Source of the DNA: Azolla caroliniana
Taxonomy: Eukaryota; Plantae; Polypodiophyta
Length of the DNA stretch: 64,000 nucleotides
Assembly: GCA_043228905.1 (NCBI GenBank)
Contig: JBHGNT010000001.1
Coordinates: 13,640,001-13,704,000 of the forward strand
Direction: 5' to 3'
Shown: one piece after another, positions 50,678 to 64,000 of the stretch
Layout of the letters: the number at the start of each line of letters is the position of its first letter
How positions within the stretch are numbered: the first letter of the stretch is position 1
The notes under the pieces: generated by a model
Seen by the model: only the letters and a program-made list of their open reading frames with translations
The model's database searches: none
What the model was told of the DNA's origin: nothing
Made by a program: the position numbers and the translations under genes

Positions 50678-52190
50678 CTATGGGTAAGAGTTGTTATACT
50701 TGTGCCCATGTCCAATTTTCAAGATTCCCTGTCTTATCATCCATGTTGACTTGCTCAGAGTTGTTCTATACCCGTCTTCGGCAAACATGCCGAAGGAGAC
50801 CAGACTCCTTTTTAGTGCGGGTACATGCCGAACTTGGTGTAGGATAATTGAATTGCCATTTGACAATTGAATTGGTACTTCACCTACTCTTGCAATTTTG
50901 ATTCCTGCCTGTTGCCTAGTGGAACTGTGTTGGTGGCGTCGACTTAATAGTTTGAACACCATTCGATGTTTGGGGTTATGTGAAATGTGGCGCAGGAGTC
51001 CAACAACCACGTATGTGCATCTTGTGTACTGTACAGGACTTCTTTGATCATCGAGTCCTCTAAGGAGAGGATTTCTCCCGATCGGGTGTCAGCAACATTG
51101 ACATGGTTGCTGATTGGAGAGTGGTTAGAGTCGGATCATCCTTGATTTTGCTCGGGGCGTTGACCACTCTCTATTCTCTGAATCAACCAGTAGTCTGAAA
51201 CATTGTGACAGGCATTTCTGCAATGGGTGCAAAATTTGCCTGATCCACTGGTTCTCGACTTTGACCATTGTCGGTCTCCCCTCGTTCTTGACCGATTGGT
51301 ATTCCGATCGGTTCTGTAAGCTTGTTCTTTCAATGGACTTAATCGGTCAACCGACTCGGTTGAGTGGTGGGCGTTTGTCGATTCGTCGATGGTGAGTCCA
51401 ATCGATTTTCACCGAATGTCCTCACTGAGGACGTGGCCAATTGTCTCATCTAGATTCAGGATCGAATGGGTATTGGCAAATGTCGTGTCGAATACCTCCC
51501 AACTCGTCGACAAGCTCCACAAGAGGGTGAGGGATTTCACTTCTTCGACGAAGTTAATCCCTTGAGAGGAGAGTTCAAACAACACCCAACTTAACGTGTT
51601 GATGTGGGAGGTAGTTGGATCGGTCTCTCTCATCTTCATGTTGAATAGTTGTCTGATCAATATCAGTTTCAATGATGAGGACTTCTTCTCGTATACAACT
51701 TGTAGTTTCTCCCACAGTGAGAACGCTATCGGATTTTTTGCCATGCTGAAGTAGACATTTTCGACTAGATGCATCTGAATGGTGGAGTGAGTGATTTCAT
51801 CTATTGATCTGCACTCTTCGGCTGACATTGTAGCATGCTTTCTGCTGCGCCGGATGGATTCGACCTGTCTTTGAATGATCAAGACGTCTTGCATCATCTC
51901 CTTCCATAGGGCAAAGCTTTTGCCGTTGAATTTTCGGATCTCAACTCTTGTTCCGGATGTTGAGGCCATGTTCTTTGTGGAAGTAAGATTCACGACCTAC
52001 TCTTTTCCTTAAGTTCTTTTTGTTCTTTCGTTGCTGCCGAGCTGCAAGTTCGTTCTGAGATACCAGTTGTGAATAGATATGCGCAGAAGAACATTTGAGG
52101 ATCTGTTTAGAAGTACTCAACATACAACACAGAAAGGATGAAGATAAGAAGATAGACACAGTCTTAAGCTTTAATGGAAGCTTTAGTATT
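50678..52190 (-). mobile_element. Ty1/copia 5' part (partial LTR, iMet-like PBS near 52055-52065, gag, protease)
   Basis: EIRKFNGKSFALWKEMMQDVL.., CTHCRNACHNVSDYW, VRHVPALKRSLVS. Confidence 0.9.
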
Positions 52191-52840
52191 TTGTGTTCTG
52201 GTTGGATGCAAGATATAGAAAAATGGTTTGGTAGATGGGATGCAAGACTCTTGCTTCATGATGCATCATTAGATTCCTCTGTAAATGAGGCCTTTTTGTA
52301 ATGTCAAGGTATCATGACATGGGACAAATGTGGAGGCTCACGCTTCACACATTATACTACACATGTTGCACCTAACTATAAAACCATATTCTTTGCGGAA
52401 CGGGGAAATCGTACACATCGATACATGTTAAAGCCCATACCATTATCTACCATTCGAACCATTGCTTCCATGCGACTTAGCTCACATGCATTGTGATGTA
52501 AAACAAGGTGTTGGGGCACAAGTGATGAGAGTGGTTGGCTATGCACACTTTGCCCTAAACAAGTTCGCGAGTCTGAGTATCACACTTTAATACAATGCTC
52601 TGTCTTTGATCATATTTGACCATGCTTTCCACATCTCTTCGACCAAGCCCAGTCCTTGCATGAATTCCTCTCACAACTACAATGCGCACTCTCGATTGCA
52701 AAATTCATTGGTAAAGTTTTTGAACATCGAGAGTAACTGCTCACTTTCACACGTATCACGTGAAATGTAATATTTTTGGTCTCATAGGTCATATTTGACC
52801 TCCGAAGACGATAATATAATCTATCTATCTATCTATCTCT
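52190..52840 (+). mobile_element. 3' end of an RTE/RTEX-like LINE with a (CTAT)n tail
   Basis: ASMRLSSHAL..ET..W...LCTLCPKQVRESEYHTLIQC Cys/His motif, then ctatctatctatctat. Confidence 0.7.
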
Positions 52841-52859
52841 CAAAGACTCTAGATACAAG

Positions 52860-55800
52860 AATGATCAAGCAAGCCGTATTACAATGTTAGGTTATTGCTT
52901 ATATACTAAGCCCCAACTATTTCGATGTTTTCACACTAAGATACAAATAGGAAGGAGTCAGCCTTTTAATGCAACAGAGTGGGTCGAGGACCACTCAACC
53001 GGACAAACGGATGCTATACACAGAGGCGGATCGATCTTGTGGGCATGGAGGACGAGGTGGGTCGGCACGCAACAACGGCAGCCGGCAAGAGCAAAACCGA
53101 AGGCACAGAGATAGTGCCAACAAGAGTTCTCAACCCTTCACCAGCAGGGGGAGTCAAAGCGGCACGGGAAACCAGCAAGGGAAGGCCGACACAAAATGTT
53201 GGTATTGTGGCAAGAACAACTATCGGGAGAGTGAGTATTGGAAGAAGCACACCGATTCAGATAAATCCAGACACGACAAGACTAGACAAGGGAGGCGACA
53301 AAGCTTTCACTACGCAGAGGGATTGGAAAAGGGCCAACCTTTGTGATGAAACACAAGGCGAACTCGATGAAGAAGACAACTTCCGGATCAGAGGAAGTGT
53401 GGTATGTTGATTCCGGAGCGTCTAGCCACATGACGAGCAACCAAGAGTGGTTCTCGTTTCTGGAAAAGCCAGAGTAATCGGGAGTTGTCGAAATTGGAGA
53501 CGACACTCCTCACCCGATCGTGCATGTCACAGAAGTTCCCTTGAGTCAGTCGGACAAAAAGGGAAACTCATGAACGTGCTTCAGGACCCGACAATCACGA
53601 AGAATCTGGTGTCGATCAAGCAAATCATCGACTAGGGGATGTAGGTGCGGTTTACACAACTTGGGTGCTTCATTGAGGAAGAAGGCCAGATCATCGCGCA
53701 AGGACGCCGGGATGGGAGGATGTCTATGCTCGACACCAACGACATCGGCACTTCCTTGTTTGCCAAAGGATAGAAGGTCGAGTCAGATATGGACCTGTGA
53801 CATAAGAATATCAGCCACATCAATTGTTAGAGGCTTGAAGACCTGCAATTGAAACAGGTTATTTTCGGATTGCCGGAATTTAGTGGCCGAAAGGCCCAAA
53901 TTTGTGAAGCATGCTAGCTCGAGAAGCAACACCGGCTTCCCTTCCCCACCGAAAGAAATTGGCGCCGTAACAAGCTTGACTTTATACACTCGGATGTATG
54001 GGGACGGGCACAAAATGTTAATCTTGGTGGGAGTCGATATTTCGTCTCCTTCATCGACTCCTTCAGGTGGCACACATGGATCTATCTAATCGAGAGGAAA
54101 AGTGAAGTTTTTTAATGTTTCCGGAATCTAAAGAGCTTAGTTGAACGGGAAACGGAAAGGAAGATCAAGTGTATACAGTCGGATGGCAAAAAAGAGTAAT
54201 TTTCCGGCCAATTCAAAAGTCATCTACAGCAGAAGGGAATTTGGAGAGAATTCAGTTGTAGATACACATCGGAACAAAACGGTGTGGCCGAAAGGAAAAA
54301 TCGGTCAATCATCGAGGCGGCACGGGCAATGCTGGAAGAGAAGAGCATGCCCAAATTCTACTAGGCTGAAGTGGTCTAGACAACCGTTTACATCCAAATC
54401 GAATCGGGGATAAGGTGTCATCACATGAGCTATATTTCGGGTGGAAGCCAAATTGACGACATCTTAGGGTTTTTTATAGCATTGCCCATGTGCATCTGCC
54501 GGATGAGAACTAGAGAAAGTTGGACCCGAAGTTAGAGAAGTGCATAGTAGTTGGCTACTCTCATGAGCAAAAGGGGTATAAGTGCTACAACCCCCCGACA
54601 AAGACAGTCTGAGTAAGCCGAGATGTCGATTTTGACGACTTGGCATCTTGGTACACTTTGCCAACTCCAACCCCTGACTCCGGCCCCCGACTCCAACCCG
54701 ATCCCGGAAGATGAGTCTAGTGAGCTGGAAACGATCCGTGCATAAGAGGAAGAAGGTTTTGATACTCTAGATGAGAGTCCGATCTCATTTCGGTTGTAGA
54801 AAGACCAACAAGATGAAGCGCCGACAAGCAATGAAGACTCAGCCATGCTTTCCCCACCTAAGGAGCTGAGGAGACGGTTCACACTTAAAGAGAAAGGGAA
54901 GAAGAAGATGTTGGAATATGACACCCGAAGAGACGAGTCGGATCGACGCGAATCCGACTCTAGAAAGAACAGAGACGGATCTTCGGAAGCGAAGTTCGCG
55001 TCAGCCAAGAGGGCCAAGAAATCAATAGAGTAGAAATTGTGCTAATCCACTCGCCAAAAGAACCCCGAAGTTCCGTACAACTATAGCAAGTATATGGTGC
55101 ATCACTATGCGTCCATGACGAAAGTGGCGGAAGTGCGTGACCCGGAGTGCTACAAAGAAGCGGCAAAGGACACACATTGGCGTCCCGCTATGGAGGAAGA
55201 TATGCGGGCACTCGATGCTAATGACACATTGGACCTAATTGACCCTTCTCGACATTGCAAAACGATTGGTTGCAAGTGGGTGTACAGGGTAAAGTATAAT
55301 GTGCTGACGGTTTAGGTCAACTGGTACAAGGCCTAGTTAGTGGCTAAGTCATACGCAAAGACCCATGAAATCAACTACGACAAGACCTTCGCTCCGGAAG
55401 TGAAGATGACGACAATTCGTGTGGTGTTGGTGGTTGTTGCGGCAAGGGGATGGCGTCTTCACTAAATGGACATGAAAAATGTGTTTCTTCAAGGTGACCT
55501 TGACGAATAGCTCTACATGATACAACCCCCCCTGGTTTTCAGTCAGAGATGAATAAATCGCCAGTGTGCCGACTGAGAAGTTGCTTTATGGCCTGAAGCA
55601 AGCCCCTCGTGCTTGGAATTTGAAAATCACGCACCGGTTGCATAAGACGGAGTTAATGAACTATCTGGTCGGAATAATCTGTCAATTTATGCAGAAGCCA
55701 ACATGAAATCTTCACCAAGGCTTTAGGAACCGACAACTTGCAACATTTTTTGGAGATGATTGGTCTTCAATATCTCGATAGGCCGCACTTGAGGGGGAGA

Positions 55801-56811
55801 ACTGGTACTGGTACAGGGAGAACCGGAATAGAAACCAGAAAGGCAGGTAATGGCACTAGACAAGTCGCCGGAGAGAAAGAAACTGAAGGGGGACATAAGA
55901 AGAAAAAGGAAGCTGAGTCGACTGAGGAAGTCGGCACATCAGATAAAATCGGAACAAGCGGCGACAGCGGCAAAGTGAAGAAGGACAGAATCGGTTGGAG
56001 GAAAAAGGCCAAGACCTAGACGTGGTCCGATGTGGTGTTGAAGACGAATTGGAGACAATCAATTCGGACAAGAGCTGGAACAAATTGGAGGCAGCCGATT
56101 CGAAAGAGGTGTTTGATTCGGAGAAGTCGGATCAACAAAAGGCCAAATAGACTGGAAGGCACTGGAAATCGACATCGACGGGTCGAGAAGGGCCAAAGAC
56201 GCAACAATGCAAAGTTGGATGGGTCGTGGGAAGCGGGAATGGACCGGACGAGGAGCGTGAGGCAGGCGGGAAGATGCTAGGAGGAACTAGATGAAGGGAT
56301 CATCAGACACACACAGTGATCCGGCCTCAAGTTGAGCTTGAGGGGGAGTGTTGAGCGGGCAAGCTCAACCGGATCCGGATCGGCTTAATAAGCCAAAGCC
56401 GGATCAATATTCGGAACAGGTAAGTACCTGGATCGGTGTCCCGATATATCGGTATTCGGAACCTAGAGTTGGACCGGAGAACCGGATCTTACTACGGAAT
56501 AGTGAGAACCGGTAGGCTGTTGGAGCCTACAGTCGGAGCCTAGTATGTAGGCATATTCCTTGGAGTTAGTGTGAGTTGTTCGTATGACCATTGAAGTACG
56601 TGTCAGTATTTCTATCAGTTCTTTTAAGGACTTGTATAAAAAGTGTTTTGTAGGACATTTGTAGGTACACAATGCGTGTTATTTTTTGAATTGAGTTTAT
56701 GTTGTTTTTCTCTATCTCTCCCATGTATTCTTGTGTATCCAAGCTTTCCATTAAACCTCAGTTTTGTGTTTTGTGTTATCCGGACTAGCCGGTTTTGTCT
56801 TAGCTTTCACA
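52860..56811 (+). mobile_element. Degraded Ty1/copia (gag-PR-IN-RT, internal deletion) with 3' LTR 56349-56811
   Basis: CWYCGK, WYVDSGASSHMT, QNGVAERKNRSI, WRPAMEED..IGCKWVY, LYGLKQAPRAW; PPT gagggggag followed by TGTTG...TTTCACA. Confidence 0.9.
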
Positions 56812-59800
56812 CAATATCTTTTACAATATGTACATATATATTTTTACCTATAATTTGACTGACATATAATTATATTTACATATAAAGATAAATAATTGTA
56901 TTTTGCACGCAAAAAGACGCATGGGTGGAGTGGGGGAGACTCAAATGGAGGGGGAGCTCAAATGCACGGAAGGGGGGAATTTGAATGAAGGAGGGAATCG
57001 AAGGGGATTTTTTTTCTGCTTTAGGGTGGGCAACTCAAAGAATGTGCAGAAGTTTATTTTTTGGGTGGGGAGGGGGGTAGTCGAAGGATGGGCGAGAAGC
57101 GAAAGCTCAAAAAAAAGCCTATGGGTGCTCTCTCTAAACCAAAAATTGAGTGACTTCAAAATAAGCCCTTTTCTTATAGAGAAAGAGGTCCCTGGATTTT
57201 AAATCAAATGCCTTTTTTATTCTCTTTGCTTCGAAATTGCAGAAAATGAATAATTCCATGACACACTACCAAAATTTGAACTCCTCATTTGTTATTAATA
57301 GTTAATAGCCCTAACTAACACACCATTTATTTTTCGCTATATATACATATTCAAATCCTTTGATATTGTGGATGAACCACTTTTTTATCTACTTTCTACT
57401 TATGGGTTTGCCACATTATGACATCCACCCACACCAAACTACATATCCTCCAACATGTGCAAGTAAACGAGAAGGATTGGTGGGAACAAAGGTAGTCAAC
57501 TTTTGATATCTTCATTTCCCATGCCTTTCCTACATCGTCTTTGTTCTTCCATCTTGATTACTTCCACTCTTCCCACCAAAACTAAGGCCACCATCTGATC
57601 ATGTCTAGATCTTTCAATTGCACTTTGCACCACCATGAATCGTTGTCGTGGCGTCATTTGCTTCTCCTTAGTATAACCCTTATTTCTCTAAGTATGTGCT
57701 AGCTTTGTTGAACTGCTATCCCCTTCCCCTCCCTTTATCGCCCATCCACTCTCTCCTTCATTACACCCCATCTAAACATCAACTTTGACTACTCAGTGTA
57801 GTCCCTTTAAGTACATGCCCTATTTCAGGCCTTTAGATGTCCATGTTTCATGTCTCTTGCTTTGACCTTTTTCGTTGTATTCTCTTACATTAGATCTTCA
57901 CGTTGGTGTCCTCCTTCATGTCGGATGTCACGATCACATCCAAAGGAACACCCATTATTTATGTGTTCATGCCCACCTTCAAGTCGGATGTCACGTTTAA
58001 ATTTGGAGGAACACTCATTGTGGGCATGCTACACATTTTCCCCTTGTTGTGCACTATAGTGCTAGTTTTGGCCACCTCGTCCTTCGTATCAGTGTTGCCC
58101 TTCTCTTCCTTGCAACGAACATCCATTTCTTAGGTCATACATAAGTTCATGGTTGCAATTACCCAAGTCTCTAGAACTCGTGGGAAGGAAGTCCTTGAAC
58201 ATTTTTCATCCTTCTACTCTGCCATGTTGTGCATAGTCACCTCCATCTTGGCATCGTTGTCCTGGGATACCTCCCCAACTATTTAGGGGTGAAAGAATGT
58301 ATGTATATATGCGACTCCAAATTTGAGTATTGTTTGCATAATAATTCTTTACTATTTCATTAAAATATCTAATATTCCCATGGGCTTATGTAATTTTTTT
58401 TCTAGCATAATTGATAATACCCTTATGTAAATATATATTTCAAATATTTATTAATACCCTTATATATATACATTCTGTACCTCAATGGCTAATTAAAACC
58501 CCTTTTGATGAACTCACGTGCTATCATACAAGTTTTGAAAGTGAAGCCCCCAAGGGTCTAGCTACCCTCATTTCATCATTTCTTCTTGTAGCGAGTGCGC
58601 CAGCACCAGGTACGACTCGACGCCACGACAATGGTATAGGACGCCGATCGAGGCCCGAGTCCATCTCAATCCCTTTGCTCAGGGATGGTCGGGTGGATTG
58701 ACACCCTTCTTTCTCTTTCTCCTTTCTATCTATCTATTTTTTATATCCTTATCTCATGCTTACTTTAGATCTAAGCTCTTACAAAAAGGGTGATAATTTA
58801 AGTCCAACCTATCCTCTTTGATTGAAGTGCCCAATGGTCCAACTCAGAGATGCATGCACATATTTTCATGACAATCTAAATGACACATTTAACGACACCG
58901 TAGAACTTTGGGAACGCAATATAGGATTGCCTTTTCTTTATTATTTTATATGAGTTAATTGATTCTCATTGTTATGAAAAGCTCATACATGGAATCTACT
59001 CTTACCTAAAAAAGAAACATACCATTACCCATATTGAATCATCCATGCTAGTGATCATACAATTACTCATATTGGATCTATTATTACTCGCATTGGCTTA
59101 TAGTCGTCAATGTACCTTTGAGCTACTTTAAAATGTCCAAATAGTGGATATAATCATATTTGTTTTGTTCGCCTACCTTATTGAAGTAATGATAGATTCA
59201 ATTTCTTTTTTGAATTAGTAGACTTATTTTTGTTGTGTATAATATATAAATGTATAAATTTATGTGCATAAATGTGTGTGTATGTGTAGCCTCGTTGATG
59301 CATGAATTTGTGTATCTGTACGCTTGTTGATATATGTGTGCATATGTATTTTTATGTATAAATTAGTATATGTGTATGGTTGTTTTTGTGTATGTGTATG
59401 TTCATATTTGTGTATGTGTATATTTTGTACTTGTATATGCTAGTTTCTTTCTAGATGTATCACGTATGTGTTATGTATAAATTTATGTGCATCAATGTGT
59501 ATATATGTATGTGTATTCTTGTCGATATATGTCTGTATATCATTGCTAATTATGAAAGAAATCTATAGACTGTCCAATTCATTTCAATAAATTAAATGCT
59601 TGAAATGAGGTTGAAAATTATTCGAAACATTAAGGCATGTGAAGTTTTCAATCATTGAAATATGAACAAAAGGATATTACGTAATCAAGTCAAATTCTAT
59701 ACTCCAATACCTCATAAAAATCAACTCAATGACTTAAATGCTTGCAAAAGAAGAGCTTGAAAATGTCAGAAAATATGCGGGAAGCCATCAAAATAAACTA

Positions 59801-60087
59801 AATGACTTAAATGTTTGCTAAGGAACATCTAGAAAATGCTAGAAAAGTGAGGGAAGCCAAAACAATTATTGTTTATTTTCAATCTAAGGTACCAATTTCA
59901 TAGATGTTGTTATCACACTAATTGTTTATGAAATCTTTCATTGATATTGATGATGCATTGAGGTGTCGAGCTGCTATAAAGATGCATAGGAAAAAGTTGT
60001 AGTAGCAACAATTAGCGAATCTACTTACATACTCCAACCAATTTAAGTGCTATCGAATATATAACTTTTTATAATATCGTGGGGAAG

Positions 60088-60321
60088 ATGGAGTTGCAGC
60101 GATTCCGACTTTTGTGTATTTTTCTTTTTGTGACAATATTAGTCGTTCATGGGCCATCAACAAGTTATGCTGATGAGCTTGAGCCTTCTCCATATGTAAT
60201 TCCAAGGCCGATCCTTAGTCCAATTCCTACCCCATCTCTTGCCCCAACTCCTATTGCTCCTCCCACTCCTCCCTCAACATCAATTCCTCCTGCTCCAACT
60301 CCATCAGAAGTTGATAATTAA
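60088..60321 (+). CDS. Second copy of the secreted Pro-rich peptide, 77 aa
   Basis: Two amino-acid differences from 19346-19579 (F to L in the signal peptide, terminal D to N); TATA at 59975. Confidence 0.75.
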   Translation: MELQRFRLLCIFLFVTILVVHGPSTSYADELEPSPYVIPRPILSPIPTPSLAPTPIAPPTPPSTSIPPAPTPSEVDN

Positions 60322-61589
60322 ATTCAACCACTTTTCCAAATCCATTGTTAATTATGTTCCATAAAGGAACGTGTGATTTATAATGTAACAATCACATATA
60401 CAAATAATGTTGTGTTTATTCGTGAATAAAGGTATGATTTCATATGTAATAACAATGCCTTTTAATTTCTCCTATGAAGCACCAAATTATGGTCTATGTT
60501 ACATAATATGTTTGAAGTGTTTCTTGCACATTAATGAAGTGATCATGTTCATTAGTTGTGATGTCAAGTTTTCAAATAACATGTGTTTCTTCTATACTCA
60601 AATCTTGGTGAATGTTGATACTTATATTACTATTTTGAGGATTGTATTGGTAGACCAATGAATTGCGCACAAAAACTTTTGACATATAAGATGTTTTCTA
60701 AATCTTTGAAGGATATGATTTAATGGCTCATGTTGAATGTGTGGTGGCTAAAGTATAATTTTATTTAGGAGGTATTCATTTCTAATATTTGGACTCTAAT
60801 CAACATCGACAATTGTATTATTGTTGGGCTAAAAGTCCCAATCTGGCCATATTGTATCCTTAGTGTGAATACACAGTTAACCTAACTACTTAAGTAGCTA
60901 ATTGATCTTGTAAAGACAGTTTTGGTGGTAATAGAAACATTGAGTCTCTTTGAGCAAATCAGTCTCGCTCTCTCTATGTCACAGTTTTTGTATTCATCTT
61001 GTTCATCTTTTTCTAAACTTGAGTAGTGCACAAATCCTCTCTTGTTGCTTCCTATTGTTTGATTCACTCCACACCAGATCGTATTTGCTTCCTTGCCACA
61101 AGTTGACTCAGACAACCTTATTGTCTTCAACTGGTATCAGCGGGTGAAAGGTTCGACAACAACAACAATATAAGGAGAAGAGAAGAATCATCTGAAGGAA
61201 TGGACCATATGATACCGAACAATGCCAAACCAACCTTGATGACAACAGAGTAATGGCACTCCCTGGACAAGATGTAATGCCGTAATGCCGATCGAATTTC
61301 AAGTTCCGAGCTTACGAGTGTAGATTTCGGAAAGACTTCCCGAGACCGAGTCCGAACAGAAACGACTCGAACAACTATTTGAACTTGGGGAAGTTCGGCT
61401 CGCTAGTCTGAGCCATCTAGAGCAAGGTCAGCGTTGGCGAAAATCGTTTGTCAACCAAAACCGAAAAGGCGATCATCAATTATTCGAAATCGGCAAAGCC
61501 ATCTTTGTCTTTCACACTAGGCTCGGTTTGATGCCGGGAAGGCTTCGGTTTTAATGGACCGATCACTTCTAGATCATCAATGAGTTCCC

Positions 61590-62595
61590 GACGCGTGCAC
61601 ATGCATGTAGAAAAAAAAGGTATTTAAAGCACATGCACATAGAGCGAGAAAAGCAAGTACAAAACGTTCCCGACGCGTGGCATTAAAATCTACTAATGGC
61701 AGGCATTTTGCCGATTTTGGAGGAAGAATAGTGTATACTAGAGCTTTTCTGTAACGGAATGGGAGGCAAGAGTGATTGCAATGCAACGGAAGATGATTGA
61801 GAGAGAGAGAGAGAGAGAGTGTGTGTGTGTGTGTGTGCGTGTGAGGCAACAGAGGGAGAGAGAGAGAGAGCTCTTAAGGCAGAGATAGAAAAACTGTATA
61901 TTAACCAAAAATACATCAAACATAAAACATCCAACAGTAACTAAGTTACAATGTGTTTGTTATATACCAACTAAGCTAGGGCAAGTGCCCTTTCTACTAT
62001 TTATAAAACTAGCCCAACATGTCCATGAGGTAGTGTGAAACCTATCTATGGGAAGTTGAGTTCGACTCTCAACAGGCCCCTTCGAACACAACTTCTATCT
62101 GTTGAGAAGGTTGTTCGGTTCATACTTTGACTTGTCTAGTTGATTGTGTTGCGTACTCGGGTACTCTATCAATTGCGTATGTGTTGTTTATCGTTGCGTA
62201 TTGCTTCCATGTCGCTTGTACCTATACTCCCCCTCAAGTTCGGCAATGTAGATGTCGTGAGACCAAGGTCCGATGCAAATTGCCCGAGCTTGTCGACTCC
62301 TAAGGCCTTCGTAAATATATCAGCAACTTGGAGGTGCGTATTGGTATGTTGTAGATCGATCTCGCCGGCCTGTACGCGCTCGCGGATGAAGTGGTAATGC
62401 ACTTCGATATGTTTAGTCCGCGCGTGGAATATGGGGTTCCACGCTAGGTAGATACTGCTCATGTTGTCACAGTAGAGACGAATTGGATCCTTGATGGGAA
62501 CACCCAGATCCTTTAGTATGCGTTTAAGCCATCCGGCTTCGCATGTGGCGACTGCTGCGCCCCTATATTCGGCTTCCATGCTCGATAGTAAGAAA
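61590..62595 (-). mobile_element. Copia RNase H and LTR fragment (duplicate of 20846-21850)
   Basis: ORF 62169-62789 with YCDNMSSI..HARTKHIEVHYHFIRE..ADIFTK. Confidence 0.9.
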
Positions 62596-64000
62596 CGATT
62601 AGAAACAGACAAAGAGGACCCGGTAAGGCGGACCCGGTAAGAACCGGATAAAGAAGACCCAGTGAGAACTGGATGAAGCAGACCCGACAAGAGCCGGATG
62701 AAGAAGGCCGATGAGAGTCTCATCGGATGAAGAGACATATTTGTAAACAGAAGAAAGTATAAATAATATCTATTACATGCATAAGGCAAGATTCGAACCT
62801 TGCAGCTCCATGTTTACAATGTAAAGCCTTACCATTACACTAACATATCATTACTAATAAAAACGTAAACTTCCCACATAGAAAGGTAAGTGCACGCTAG
62901 GATAAACTTTAGTTAGAAGAAAATGCATGATAAAAGAAAAAGCTACGCATGCACACGTAGCGTGCATGAACAACACAATCGATAAAAATGCATCAAGTTA
63001 GAAAAAGTAGGATCACTTTAGAAAAAGCATACAGTCTATTGTTAGAGAAAAACATGGATTATTAAGACTCTCTCATCACTATATAAGGATGGGGAGCACA
63101 ATGTAATAGGGTGTGAAATACTTGGAAATTGGATATATTTCCCAAAACACCAATTAATATTCTTTTAAGAGGTGAAATCAGCTGGTGCATGTGATAAGTT
63201 GATTTATAATATTCTTATCAAGGAGGTCCATCAACTTGGCAAATTGGATCTCTGGTTAAAATATAAGAAAGAGTATAGAAAAACATTTTGGCGAGAAGAA
63301 TATGAAGGTTTCAATTACCATGAAAACAATTCCTCCCTTGATAATATGTCAAAATCACAAGATAGCTTATCAACAAATTTGTTTGTTTCTAGATAGCATC
63401 TCATCAAGTCCTTGTGTATGTACATTGGATATAAGTTGTATATGGTTAATATCCCCTACTTTGCATGTATGCACCCTGATTTGTCCAACAATATTATCAG
63501 CCTTTTCTGTACTTTTATGAAGTGATATTCTTACACCAATTTATAATTACTACACTCTTCGCAGAGGTTGGTACCCTCGTTTTCTAAATCTTAACGACTG
63601 TCACATTTGATTCTTTAATGGTGTGCTTCTGTTTATTGTATGTAACTGCTATAGTTCTTACACAATTTCACATCATGGATACAATGATGTCTTCTTTTAC
63701 ATACCATTTCGACCATATATTACAGATATCAATAGCTCTTTCATTTGGTTGAGTTGTAGTTTTGTATTGCATGATTACTTTTATGTAATGTATTTTTTAT
63801 ACCAACATAGTTTCCACCTATGAACTATTGCTAACTATTGGGTTCATAGTATGAACCATACATACCATACGTGCATTCGCATTTGCGAATGTTTCAATTA
63901 TAAATACCATACTTTTGGATTAACTATTTATTATGAGGTAAATAAGCCTAAAAAATGGAAAAAAAAATATTAAAAAATGGGGGAAAAAAGAAAACACAAG

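Larger units (their letters stand above)
58290..64000 (+). repeat. Segmental duplication, copy 2 (LTR, peptide gene, gypsy and copia fragments, left part of the hAT MITE)
   Basis: Near-identical to 17310-23258; runs off the window. Confidence 0.97.

Noticed and set aside
56880-58280. Host gene or identifiable TE
   Set aside because: Only short ORFs and a faint zinc-knuckle-like remnant on the minus strand; cannot be supported
58284-58300. taggggtgaaa as an Ac-like hAT TIR
   Set aside because: No partner TIR or TSD found; better explained as the TG start of an LTR

Overview
This is a eukaryotic, transposon-saturated window from a land plant. The mix of Tcn1-like chromovirus, Phygy-like non-chromoviral Ty3/gypsy and Ty1/copia elements suggests a bryophyte, which is an inference. 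It holds nested and decayed LTR retrotransposons, one full-length L1-type LINE with a target-site duplication (TSD), RTE/RTEX-like LINE ends, and non-autonomous hAT-like elements with 8-bp TSDs. The only convincing host gene is a 77-aa secreted Pro/Thr/Ser-rich (arabinogalactan/HRGP-like) peptide present in two near-identical copies. The window reads as two colinear units of a large tandem duplication. The most striking object is a 9.5-kb Ty3/gypsy insertion (24813-34312) with a perfect 5-bp TSD. Its ends are not two direct LTRs but two unrelated LTRs in inverted orientation, each followed inward by the same tRNA-Arg-type primer binding site (PBS). It also carries an 883-aa extra ORF that is conserved in a second, divergent family in the window. 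All alignments and identities were judged by eye; no database searches were run.
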